Below are positions 21,218 through 30,430 of a DNA stretch of 64,000 nucleotides, piece by piece. A model generated the notes under the pieces. That model did not search any database, was not told where the DNA came from, and saw only the letters and a program-made list of their open reading frames with translations. The position numbers and the translations under genes were made by a program. The stretch is from Acidobacteria bacterium RIFCSPLOWO2_12_FULL_68_19 (GTDB lineage Bacteria; Acidobacteriota; Vicinamibacteria; Vicinamibacterales; UBA2999): contig MELF01000029.1 in NCBI GenBank assembly GCA_001767525.1, positions 25,500-89,499 of the forward strand, written 5' to 3'. Position 1 is the first letter of the stretch, and each line of letters opens with the position of its first letter.

Positions 21218-22102
21218 TTATTGGGGGCCTATGGGTGCTGTCTGGCGCAATGTAATACTGCCTTGACGTGAAAAAGCGCTGCGCCGCAATAGTTCTGGCG
21301 CAGAGACGAGTGGCACTAGTGTGGTCGTTCGAAACGTCCGCTCACTCGTGGTCACCCAGGCGACCGGCAAGACCAGCTCTTGTGAGGTGCGATCCCCGAA
21401 GTAGTAACCGATTTCGATCTTTGAATCGCCACCCATGGAAATCCCGCTCGCTCGCAGGACGGCGAAAGGGTCTTCAGGGCGAACGGTACCAATCGGCCGG
21501 AGGCTCCGCCATGCGACATCCGCACCTACCACAGACCGGTCCGCGCCCACGTATATCGCCACGTGTGCGCCCGGCCCGATTGCCTCAAAGCCATCGATGT
21601 TGCGACCGAATATCGCAATCGCTGTGTTGACTCTCTCCGAGCTGACACCGGTGAGCGTGTCAAAGAATTCATCGACGACATGGCGTACTCCGGTAGTCTT
21701 CAGTTCGTCACGGCCGACAGACACATCCAGAAGCAGGTGCCCTTTCAAGAATGTGAGCGCAATCTGTACAGCTTCACTGTCTGTGAGGTTGAAAGAGCGA
21801 CCGGCAATCCCCTTGTACTTGAGCTGCTCTCGAGAAATTATGAGATCGCCCGTCCGCGGGTATCGTAAGAAGGACCAACCGGAAGTGTCCCATCGCTCAT
21901 ACGAAGCTCGCACCTTGATGGGATTGTCGGCTCCGGCGAGGGAAATCCCCACTGCGGATGCCCAGCGTGACAATACTGGCGCAAACGCCTCTGGGACGAC
22001 TTCGTAGAGCACCATCGACGCCGGGAGAACTGGAGTTTGTGCGATGGCAGTCCGGCCAATCAGGGCAACCCCAACGATCGTCCAAAGCAGGAGTCTCTTC
22101 AT
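21218..22102 (-). CDS. Secreted hypothetical protein, possibly PepSY/YcdB-like; partner of the upstream giant protein
   Basis: Signal peptide MKRLLLWTIVGVALIGRTAIA-Q; ATG 8 nt after the upstream stop; motifs AVQIALTFL and FGRNIDG. Confidence 0.65.
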   Translation of the reverse strand: MKRLLLWTIVGVALIGRTAIAQTPVLPASMVLYEVVPEAFAPVLSRWASAVGISLAGADNPIKVRASYERWDTSGWSFLRYPRTGDLIISREQLKYKGIAGRSFNLTDSEAVQIALTFLKGHLLLDVSVGRDELKTTGVRHVVDEFFDTLTGVSSERVNTAIAIFGRNIDGFEAIGPGAHVAIYVGADRSVVGADVAWRSLRPIGTVRPEDPFAVLRASGISMGGDSKIEIGYYFGDRTSQELVLPVAWVTTSERTFRTTTLVPLVSAPELLRRSAFSRQGSITLRQTAPIGPQ

Positions 22103-22110
22103 GATGAGGG

Positions 22111-25100
22111 CTAACGGATAAATCTGCGCACCAGATACCGGGGACTGGGAATATCCGCGACAGTCGTGCCAGTTCCATGGAAATGATCTGTGTCCATGGT
22201 TTGCGTCGACGTCTCCGATGTTTCCGCAGAGATAACGGCCGGGAAGTTTTCGCCAAAGAACCGGGTCCATGCGTTGGTTGCGACATCAAGCCAGGCAGCA
22301 GAAATTGTATCGCCGTCAACAAGTCGGTCTGCTAGGTCGGGACCGATGTCCGGCAAGGAGAATGTTATAAGTCCCCAGCGGTCGATCGATGTTGTCCTGA
22401 AACCCATAACCATATGGAGTCCTCGAAAATTTCCGGAGGACCACGCCGTGCGCCAACCCGCGTCAGTGAGAACTTCGCAGGCGTCAAGAGCAAGCCACTC
22501 CAGGTCCTGGTCTCCCAATCGCATGAGGCCGCTCAGGGCTAAGGCATCACCTGGACTTTCTCTGGGCTCGGCGACGAATACCACCGCATCTTCACCAATA
22601 GTGGCTCCATGGCCTGAAAAAAAGGCGAAGTCCACAGCATCGACGAAACGATCTTCCACTCCACCAAACCTCGCATCAAGAAAGTGGGTGCCTCGAGCGG
22701 CCGCATCGCCGAGGTTGAAATTCACAGCCGTGGAAGGAAGCCGCTGTCGAAGACGCGTTACGAAACCTGACGCATTGTCGTCAGATCGAACGAGGTCGAT
22801 CAACCCATTCACGCCGCCGTAGTTATTGACCCAGATCGCTCCAACCTCCGTGGAATCGTCGTCGCCAGTCGTCTGTTGCGTTGTTCCCGTAACATTGTTC
22901 ACACGAAAACCATACCCGGTTACACTGCCGTCGCTGGTCAATCGGATTCGAACGGTACGTCCCGACACTTGCTTTGTCTGACCCGCCAAACTCGTGCCCG
23001 TGAACGGACTGCCAGCGATGTCGTTTCCGTTGCCGTCCATGACGTAGATGTAGTCATAACCAGGTTCGACCCACGTCTGGCCATCAAAGGTGACGTTGAT
23101 GGCCGACACGGCTTCGGAGAACGTGTACGTCCATGTGTTGTCGTAATTGTCCGGATAGGGATGCGGCGATTCCGGCAGCTGCAATGCCGTCGTCGTGAAA
23201 CTCTGCACGCTGCCGTACACGATCGTATTCCCACCGCCCTGTGCCGCCGCCCGGTAGTAGTACGTCGTACCGGAAGTCAGATTCGACAACTGCTGCTGGT
23301 AGCTGACACTTGTCGCTCCACTTCCGATATTCTGGACGCTCGTCTGAGTCGTCGGCGGGTTCGTGGTTCCCCACAGGAACCATCCGGTCGTCGAGCTTCC
23401 GTTGGGGTTGACGGAGCCGCGGAGTGTCGCGTTCGTTTGGCCGACGTTTGTAGCGCTATCTGTTGTAACGGTTGGTGGGATGACAGAAGTCACCGTCGTG
23501 ACACTTTGCACGCTGCCATAGACAATGGTGCCGCCTGCACCCTGCGCCACAGCCCGGAAGTAATAGGTGGTATTGGGGTTCAGGTTTGATAACTGCTGTT
23601 CGTAGCTCAGGGCTGACGTGCCGCTCCCAATATTTCGGATCGAGGTTTGCGTCGTCGGCGAGCTGCTTGTACCCCAGACAAACCACGCCGTTGTGGACGT
23701 CCCATTCGGGTTAACCGTCCCCCTCAGCGTCGCCGTTGACTGACCAATCCCCGTCGCCGCGTCTGTCGTGATGCTCGGTGGCAGCAGCGGCGCAGCCGAC
23801 ACGCTCGTCACGCGAAACCCGTAGTCAGTGATACTCCCGTCGGTTATCAGCCGGATGCGGACGGTCCGCCCAGATACCCGTTTCGTCTGACCCGCCAAAC
23901 TCGTGCCCGTGAACGGACTGCCGGCGATGTCGTTTCCGTTGCCGTCCATGACGTAGATGAAGTCGTAGTCCTGTTCGACCGACGTCCTGCTGTCAAAGGC
24001 GACATCGATCGCATTCGCGGCACCGGAGACGGTATACGTCCACGTGTTGTCGAAGTTGTCGGGATACGGATGCGGCGATTCGGGTAACTGGGGGGCGGCT
24101 GTCGTGAAACTCCGCACGCTGCCGTAGACGATCGTATTCCCCCCGCCCTGCGCCGCTGCCCGGTAGTAGTACGTAGCGCTTGGCGCGAGACTAGACAGCT
24201 GCTGCTGATAGCTGACGGTCGTCGTCCCGCTCCCGAGGCCCTGGATCCCGGTCTGGGTCGTAGGAGGGTTCGTTGTTCCCCACAGGAACCAACCCGTAGT
24301 CGACGTGCCGTTGGCGTTCACAGACGCTCGCAGTACCGCGCCGGTCGAAGTGACGTTCGTGGCACTTTCGGTCGTCACCGTCGGCGGCGTCACCGCACTT
24401 GTCCTGAAGCTCTGGATGCTGCCGTAGACGATCGTCCCGCCTCCCCCCTGAGCCGCCACTCGGAAGTAATACGTCGTATTCGCTGTTAGTCCCGACAAGG
24501 CCTGCTCGTAGCTCACCGTCGTCGTGCCGCTCCCGACGCTCCTCACGCCCGACTGTGTCCCTGGCGGGCTGCTCGTGCCCCACAGAAACCATGCCGTCGT
24601 TGAACTCCCATTCGGATTGACCAAGCCTCGCAGCGTCGCCGTAACCTGACCCACTCCGGTCGCAGCCGACGTGGTAACCGTTGGCGGCAGCACGGTCTGG
24701 CTGGTCCTGAAGCTCTGGACGTTGCCGTAGACGATGGAACCCCCGGCCCCTTGGGCCGCCGCTCGAAAGTAATACGTCGTATTGGGGGTGAGGTTCGACA
24801 ATTGCTGATCGTAATTGACGGTGGAGGCACCGCTTCCGACACTTCGTACGCCAGTCTGAATGGTCGGCGAGCTGCTCGTTCCCCAGAGAAACCACGCAGT
24901 CGTCGAACCTCCATTCGGATTGACCGAACCGCGCAACGTCGCCGTCGTTTGACCAATCGCCGTTGCGCTGGAAGTCGTGACGGTTGGTTGAGCGGTCGTT
25001 GCAGCTCGGACGTTCGTGACTCGAAAGCCATATCCGGTCACGCTCCCGTCGCTCGTCAACCGGATCCGCACTGTCCGTCCCGTTACCCGTTTCGTTTGCC

Positions 25101-25752
25101 CCGCAAGACTGGAACCTGTGAACGGACTGCCCGAGATATTGTTCCCATTCCCATCCATTACGTAGACGAAGTCGTAGTCGGTCTCAACCCACGTCTGGGC
25201 ATCGAAGATCACATCGATCGCCGCCGCAGAGCCATCCAGGGTGTACGTCCACGTGTTGTCGTAGTTGTTTTGGTAGGGATGCTGTGATTCGGGGTACGAC
25301 GTCGACGTGCCCGCAGCCGTAATACTCGTAACTCGAAAACCATAGCCGGTGACACTGTAGTCACTTGTCAGACGGATGCGAACCGTTCGTCCGGATATCC
25401 GTTTCGTCTGACCCGCGAGACTCGTTCCGGTGAACGGACTCCCCGAGATATTGTTGCCGTTGCCGTCCATCACGTAGATGTAGTCCCAGCCGGCTTCAAC
25501 CCAGGTCCGGGCGTCGAAGGTGACGTCGATTGCTGTGGCCGTATCCGAGAGTGTGTAGGTCCAGGTGTTGTTGTAGTTGTCTGGATACGGATGCGGCGAT
25601 TCAGGAAGCGATTGCGCGTATCCGCGATTGGCTCCCCCCAGCACAATGACGAACAGGAGCAGACTGCGCGCGCACCCTCGCAGAGCCTGAGCCCTGTTCT
25701 TGGATCCGTCTGGACTGCGTCTACATCGAGGCGCGAGTAGGTCTATTCGCAT
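22111..25752 (-). CDS. Large secreted modular protein: 4 CUB-like repeats, 5 FN3-like repeats and a C-terminal DUF6345-like putative clan CD cysteine peptidase
   Basis: Repeats PESxHPYxxNxxNTWTYT (x4) and PTVTT..ATLRGxVNPNG.STT.WF.WGT (x5); C-terminal FFSGHG and LALDACEVL; hydrophobic signal LLLFVIVLGG..YAQ. Start uncertain. Confidence 0.8.
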   Translation of the reverse strand: MRIDLLAPRCRRSPDGSKNRAQALRGCARSLLLFVIVLGGANRGYAQSLPESPHPYPDNYNNTWTYTLSDTATAIDVTFDARTWVEAGWDYIYVMDGNGNNISGSPFTGTSLAGQTKRISGRTVRIRLTSDYSVTGYGFRVTSITAAGTSTSYPESQHPYQNNYDNTWTYTLDGSAAAIDVIFDAQTWVETDYDFVYVMDGNGNNISGSPFTGSSLAGQTKRVTGRTVRIRLTSDGSVTGYGFRVTNVRAATTAQPTVTTSSATAIGQTTATLRGSVNPNGGSTTAWFLWGTSSSPTIQTGVRSVGSGASTVNYDQQLSNLTPNTTYYFRAAAQGAGGSIVYGNVQSFRTSQTVLPPTVTTSAATGVGQVTATLRGLVNPNGSSTTAWFLWGTSSPPGTQSGVRSVGSGTTTVSYEQALSGLTANTTYYFRVAAQGGGGTIVYGSIQSFRTSAVTPPTVTTESATNVTSTGAVLRASVNANGTSTTGWFLWGTTNPPTTQTGIQGLGSGTTTVSYQQQLSSLAPSATYYYRAAAQGGGNTIVYGSVRSFTTAAPQLPESPHPYPDNFDNTWTYTVSGAANAIDVAFDSRTSVEQDYDFIYVMDGNGNDIAGSPFTGTSLAGQTKRVSGRTVRIRLITDGSITDYGFRVTSVSAAPLLPPSITTDAATGIGQSTATLRGTVNPNGTSTTAWFVWGTSSSPTTQTSIRNIGSGTSALSYEQQLSNLNPNTTYYFRAVAQGAGGTIVYGSVQSVTTVTSVIPPTVTTDSATNVGQTNATLRGSVNPNGSSTTGWFLWGTTNPPTTQTSVQNIGSGATSVSYQQQLSNLTSGTTYYYRAAAQGGGNTIVYGSVQSFTTTALQLPESPHPYPDNYDNTWTYTFSEAVSAINVTFDGQTWVEPGYDYIYVMDGNGNDIAGSPFTGTSLAGQTKQVSGRTVRIRLTSDGSVTGYGFRVNNVTGTTQQTTGDDDSTEVGAIWVNNYGGVNGLIDLVRSDDNASGFVTRLRQRLPSTAVNFNLGDAAARGTHFLDARFGGVEDRFVDAVDFAFFSGHGATIGEDAVVFVAEPRESPGDALALSGLMRLGDQDLEWLALDACEVLTDAGWRTAWSSGNFRGLHMVMGFRTTSIDRWGLITFSLPDIGPDLADRLVDGDTISAAWLDVATNAWTRFFGENFPAVISAETSETSTQTMDTDHFHGTGTTVADIPSPRYLVRRFIR

Positions 25753-26003
25753 ACCCCTGCAAACTCCGACGTCGTGCCTATCCCGACGAGCCACGAATCG
25801 GGGACCTCACCTCAAAGAGATTCAGTTCTCGTTGAAGGCGTTGATTATTCCGGCTTTCGGGGCCGAACGCCGCCGACCGTGACAGTGACCGAGAGCCTGG
25901 CATGGAATCGACCGGAGGTTCCGTCCCCTTCCCTCTCGAAAAGGTTCGGGACACGCTAATGCCTATCGGACTCTCTGGATCTACTGTCCGGCGAAGCGTC
26001 CAA

Positions 26004-26959
26004 TCACTCCAGTCGAAACGTGTACATCTTTCCCAGCTGCGCCGATGCGTTCGAGCTGACGACGGCCCCTGGCGCGAGGATTCCGTATTCGCCCGGGGTC
26101 AGATTTGGGAGTACGAGCGCATAAGTGCGGACGGCAATTCTCCTGGACTCGACAGGCACCAAGTCACGAGTTGCCCCACCGGACTGATGGAACACACCAC
26201 CTGTGACCGTGCGGAACTCTCGAGCGCCCCTGTTGGGCCGAAGCCGGAGCAGCTGGTACTCGGTAATCCCGATGCCCTCAGCCGCATAGACCAGGATTTC
26301 GACCGGCATCTTGAGGGTCGTCTTGCTGGTCGGTGCGTTGACCGTACCATTAACGTCGCCCTTCAGTACCCCAGCCGTAGCCAGACGCTTGAGGACGCCA
26401 CCAGTTTTCCAGTTCACTACTTCCGGTAGCAGATCCACCCATTCACCCTCGCGCCGTAGTACACACCGATCTCGGGAACTACTGGGGCGTTCGCAGGTGA
26501 TGGGGGAGCGACCACGGCAGATGTGGACGGCGGCGCCGCGGCGGCCGGATCTGTCGCAACGGGCGCCGGCGGAGGCGTTGGCGCGCTTGGTGTCGGCGGA
26601 GCCGCGGGATTCAGCATCACCGCGATGATCGAATCCGTTACTCCGCCCTTCTTCAGGGCAATCAGGCCATTCGGTGTCAGGTCGAAGTTCCGCAGCTTCG
26701 CGTCGCGGATGGCCGACATGACAATCTGTTCGGACAACCCGGCGCCGACCATATTCACGATATCGCCATTCGTCATGCCGGAGGGTGCGGCGGGTTGAGC
26801 AGCAGGTGGCCGGCCACCCGCTCGCGCTGGCGTGCCGGGACGAGACGGCTGTTGCCCCGCCTCGGTCGCTGGCGCAACAAGGGTCAATAGGCTCAAAAGG
26901 ACTGAAGGAAAAGTGAGTGCCGTCGAAACGCGGCCCCGAGACCCAGAGGGAACGGCCAT
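26004..26959 (-). pseudogene. Exported hypothetical protein split by a one-base frameshift
   Basis: ORF 26959-26417 (GGAGG RBS, signal, MTNGDIVNMVGAGLSE domain, Pro-rich linker, GVYY) continues in the next frame as EGEWVDLLPEVVNWKTGG to the stop at 26004. Confidence 0.7.
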
Positions 26960-27190
26960 GACGTCCTCCATTGGAACCTGGTTGACGGGATCGCCGATTG
27001 ATGGAATGCGCGGCAATTCGTACCCGAAAAGCAGTGCGATTTCAAGACGGAAATGCAATCGGGACGTATTGGTTCGCCGACTGCACGGTCAGATTGTCCG
27101 TTGATGTCGTAATAACTACCAGCGGGAGCTGGCGAATATTGAGCAAAGCCTGCACTTCTTCGATTGACGGTTGCGTACTCAGGTACGCAG

Positions 27191-27216
27191 GACGGGTGCG
27201 GTCAAGCACACCCGTC
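27191..27216. other. 8-bp stem hairpin near the right edge of the accessory region
   Basis: GACGGGTG-N10-CACCCGTC. Confidence 0.4.
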
Positions 27217-27240
27217 AGAGATGCGATGCAGACCCGCCGG

Positions 27241-27246
27241 TAGAAT
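27241..27246 (+). promoter_or_regulatory. -10 box of probable leaderless holA promoter
   Basis: TAGAAT 6 nt before GTG 27253; no Shine-Dalgarno. Confidence 0.55.
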
Positions 27247-27252
27247 GAGTCC

Positions 27253-28182
27253 GTGCCCCCGCTGACCCCCGCCGCGCTCCGGAAGCAGATTGCGTCGGCA
27301 GACACCGGGCCCCTCTATCTGCTCCTTGGCGAAGACGACGCGGAGAAAGCCGCCGTCGCCGGAGAATTCGCCGAGACCGTCGAGGAAGGGCTGCGGGCGT
27401 TCAACGTCGATCGGCTCTACGGCGCCGAGTCGACCGTCGACGACCTGACGCAGACGGCGGCGACGCTGCCGATGATGGCGCCGCGGCGGATCGTGCTGGT
27501 GCTCGCGGCGGAAGGGCTCCTCATCCCGAAGCGCGAGTCGAAAGCCGCGGAGGACGATCAGGAGCGGCTGGAGCGGTTCATCCAGGCGCCGCCGGCCCAC
27601 GCGACGGTCGTCTTCGTCTGCGGTCCGCTCGACATGCGCCGCCGCGTCGTCAAGCTGCTCGTGAAGGAGGCGCAGGTCGTCGACTGCGGGACGATTGGCG
27701 ACGAGGCCGACGCGGAGCGTTGGGTGAAGACGCGGGCCGCTCGCCTGGGAGCTCCGCTCGATGCCGGCGCCGTGCGGGCGCTCGTCCGGCGCGCGGGCGC
27801 CGATCTCGCCAGGCTGCGCGCGGGGCTGGATCGTCTGGCGCTGTACGCGATGGGGCAGCCGGCGATCACCGCCGAGGACGTGCGGCAGGCGGTCCCCGCC
27901 GGGCCGGAGGCGCAGGCCGAATGGGGCATCGCCAAGGCAATCTCCCGCAACGACGCGGCCGAGGCGCTCCACGAGCTGCACCTCACGCTCGACGCGGGCG
28001 CGCAGCCGGTCTTCGTGCTGGGGCAGCTCCGGACGGCCGCCGAACGGCTCCCGCCCTCGCGCGTCCGGCACGGCATCGACGCCGTGTTCCGGACCGATCT
28101 GGCGCTCAAGTCGTCGGGTGGCGAACCGCGGGTGCTGCTGGAGCGGCTGGTGGTGGAGCTCTGTGAACGGAGGCGGCGGTGA
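27253..28182 (+). CDS. holA: DNA polymerase III delta subunit
   Basis: PLYLLLGED, FNVDRLYG, TLPMMAPRRIV, DLALKSSGG; convergent with rpsT as is typical. Confidence 0.92.
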   Translation: MPPLTPAALRKQIASADTGPLYLLLGEDDAEKAAVAGEFAETVEEGLRAFNVDRLYGAESTVDDLTQTAATLPMMAPRRIVLVLAAEGLLIPKRESKAAEDDQERLERFIQAPPAHATVVFVCGPLDMRRRVVKLLVKEAQVVDCGTIGDEADAERWVKTRAARLGAPLDAGAVRALVRRAGADLARLRAGLDRLALYAMGQPAITAEDVRQAVPAGPEAQAEWGIAKAISRNDAAEALHELHLTLDAGAQPVFVLGQLRTAAERLPPSRVRHGIDAVFRTDLALKSSGGEPRVLLERLVVELCERRRR

Positions 28183-28204
28183 CCGCGGCGCCTTTCGCTC
28201 CGCC

Positions 28205-28275
28205 GGGCCACAGAGACGCAGAGACACAGAGACCGAACAATCGGTTTCCTCCGTGTCTCCGTGTCTCTGTGGCCC
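28205..28275. repeat. Hairpin element family B, copy 2; probable bidirectional terminator
   Basis: gggccacagagacgcagagacacagag ... ctccgtgtctccgtgtctctgtggccc between convergent holA and rpsT. Confidence 0.85.
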
Positions 28276-28290
28276 GTGGAGGCGGGAGTC

Positions 28291-28560
28291 TCAGGCGGCG
28301 GGCTTGCTGAAGCGCGCCGAGAGACGCGACTTGTAGCGCGCCGCGGTGTTCCGGTGAATGATTCCCTTGGTCGCCATCTTGTCGACAATCGACACCGTGC
28401 GGCTGAGGGCCGCCTTTGCGCCGTCGAGGTCGCTCTCGTCGAGGCGCGCGCGGATCGCCTTGAGGGTCGTGCGCAGCCGCGACCGCAGCTGCCGGTTGTG
28501 CTCCCGGCGGCGGACGTTCTGTCGATTTGCCTTGAGGGCGGACTTGGTTCGCTTGGCCAT
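28291..28560 (-). CDS. rpsT: 30S ribosomal protein S20
   Basis: KSALKANRQ, DKMATKGIIHRNTAARYKSRL. Confidence 0.97.
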   Translation of the reverse strand: MAKRTKSALKANRQNVRRREHNRQLRSRLRTTLKAIRARLDESDLDGAKAALSRTVSIVDKMATKGIIHRNTAARYKSRLSARFSKPAA

Positions 28561-28576
28561 GAACTCCGATTCTACC

Positions 28577-29281
28577 CTACCGCTGCACCACCTCGTAGGT
28601 CCCCGACGCGGGACGCTCGGTCGAATAGCGCACGACGGGGCGGCCGTCGATGATGTCGACGATCTTGTAGATCACCCGCTTGCCCGGGCCCGGTGAGGGG
28701 GTCTGGTCGGCGACCGAGCCGACCTTCCGCACGTAGTGCTGCGTCTCCGCATACGGTGGCACGCGGCCGCCGTGCCGGTCGACCGCGTCGAAGCCCGCGT
28801 TGTAGGCGGCAAGCGCCAGCTCTTCGTTTCCCTCGTACCGGTCGAGCAGTTGCCGCAGATAGGCGGTCCCGCCGCGGATGTTCTCGGCCGGGTCGTAGGC
28901 GTTGCGAACGCCCAGCTTCTGCGCCGTGGCGGGCATCAGTTGCATCAGCCCCATCGCCCCTTTCGGCGAACGCGCGTACGGGTTGAAGCCCGATTCCACC
29001 TGAACGACGGCGCGCACGAGGTCGGGGCGGAGCCCGTGGCGCGCCGCGTACTCCTGGACGAGCGGCTCGAATCGCTGGCCGGCGCCGTCCGGCGCCGCGG
29101 GGCGTGTGGATCGGAAAGCCGGTGCGTTCGGCACGGCGTAGGTGATGGCGCTCGGGTCGAGGCGGCGGTTCGAGAGCACCAGGTTGCCGCCGGCGTCGCG
29201 CCAGGCGTAGATCTGCGCCGACGCCACGGTCGGCCAGAGAACGGCCGCGCACGAGCTGACGAGAAGGAGTCGAACGAGCAT
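28577..29281 (-). CDS. Lytic transglycosylase (SLT) with N-terminal DUF4124-like segment
   Basis: Signal peptide, QIYAWRDAGG, VESGFNPYARSPKGAMGLMQLMP, ALAAYNAG. Start uncertain. Confidence 0.9.
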   Translation of the reverse strand: MLVRLLLVSSCAAVLWPTVASAQIYAWRDAGGNLVLSNRRLDPSAITYAVPNAPAFRSTRPAAPDGAGQRFEPLVQEYAARHGLRPDLVRAVVQVESGFNPYARSPKGAMGLMQLMPATAQKLGVRNAYDPAENIRGGTAYLRQLLDRYEGNEELALAAYNAGFDAVDRHGGRVPPYAETQHYVRKVGSVADQTPSPGPGKRVIYKIVDIIDGRPVVRYSTERPASGTYEVVQR

Positions 29282-29315
29282 CCGGTGCAAATGGCTGAGC
29301 AATGAGAGTTTACTC

Positions 29316-29350
29316 TACTGGGGGTCAGACCCCGGGTCTGACCCCCAGTA
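29316..29350. repeat. Near-perfect 35-bp palindrome (GGGGTCAGACCCC-type REP)
   Basis: TACTGGGGGTCAGACCC-C-GGGTCTGACCCCCAGTA, 17-bp perfect arms, between divergent genes. Confidence 0.85.
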
Positions 29351-29400
29351 TCGGCCGGATAGGACAGGAAGGTTAGCTCCCTGCTACGATCTCGACGCGC

Positions 29401-30369
29401 ATGAACGTCTGGCAGGAGTGGCTTCGAAAGCCGCGGACGGTGCTGCTGCGGAAGGTGGCGTTCCAGCTCCACCTCTGGATCGGCCTGGCGACGGGGCTCT
29501 ACGTCCTCATGCTCAGCGTGACGGGCAGCGCGCTCGTGTTCCGGCGCGAGATGGACCGGGCGGCCCGCCCGCAGGGGCCACCGCTCGAGCAAAGCAGGCC
29601 GGTGCTGCCGAAGGAAGAACTGGCGCGCCGGGCCCTGCGCGCGTACCCGGGATCCACGGTGGAGCGCGTCGGCGATCCGCAGCGCCGAATGGCGCTCGTG
29701 CGCGTCGCGCTCTCCCGCGACGGCCGGCAAATCGAGCGCGACTTCAACGCCTACACGGGCGAGGATCTCGGCCCACCCTGGCCATGGCAGGCCGAGGCGG
29801 TGCTCAAGCTGGCCGAGTTGCACGACGATCTCCTCCTGGTGGACGACCGGCGGGGCCGCTCCTGGAACGGGATCGGCAGCATCCTGGTCACGGTGCTCTG
29901 CCTCACCGGCCTCGTGCTCTGGTGGCGAGGGCTCAAGGTCTGGCCTCGCGGTCTCACGTTCACGTGGCGGGCGGCGTGGCCCCGCTTCAACTTCGACGCG
30001 CACAGCGCGCTCGGCTTCTGGTTCTTCACGATTCTGATGATCTGGGCGGTGACCGGCATCTACATGGCGTTTCCGGATCCGTTCACCCGCGCCGTGGACT
30101 GGTACTGGGGCCCGATCGACACCTTCGAGCAGGAGCGGACCGGCGACGTGCTGATCCGCTGGGCGGTGCGGCTGCACTTCGGCCGCTGGCGCAGCCATAC
30201 GCTGAAGGCGGTCTGGGTCGTCCTGGGACTCCTTCCCGCCGTGATGCTCGTCACCGGCGCGGCGATGTGGTGGCGGCGCGTCGTCGTTCCCCGCCGCCGC
30301 GCGGCGGAAGCGCCGCGGGCCGCGGATCGCGTCATGGCGCTCGGACGGGAGCCGCAGCAGGTAGAATGA
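29401..30369 (+). CDS. PepSY-associated TM helix protein
   Basis: FQLHLWIGL, SVTGSALVF, LHDDLL, FDAHSALG, LHFG His-containing helices. Confidence 0.85.
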   Translation: MNVWQEWLRKPRTVLLRKVAFQLHLWIGLATGLYVLMLSVTGSALVFRREMDRAARPQGPPLEQSRPVLPKEELARRALRAYPGSTVERVGDPQRRMALVRVALSRDGRQIERDFNAYTGEDLGPPWPWQAEAVLKLAELHDDLLLVDDRRGRSWNGIGSILVTVLCLTGLVLWWRGLKVWPRGLTFTWRAAWPRFNFDAHSALGFWFFTILMIWAVTGIYMAFPDPFTRAVDWYWGPIDTFEQERTGDVLIRWAVRLHFGRWRSHTLKAVWVVLGLLPAVMLVTGAAMWWRRVVVPRRRAAEAPRAADRVMALGREPQQVE

Positions 30370-30430
30370 CCTTTCGACGGGCTCAGGGTCGTTCCGATCG
30401 AGAGCCGAAGGACGGCTTCGGAGGCACACG

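Noticed and set aside
25900-25960. GTCCCC/GGGACAC segment resembling a REP or IS end
   Set aside because: Imperfect pairing, a single copy, and no adjacent transposase.
27042-27305. 87-aa minus-strand ORF at the island edge
   Set aside because: It overlaps the holA start and has no recognisable motif or RBS; at most a degraded remnant.
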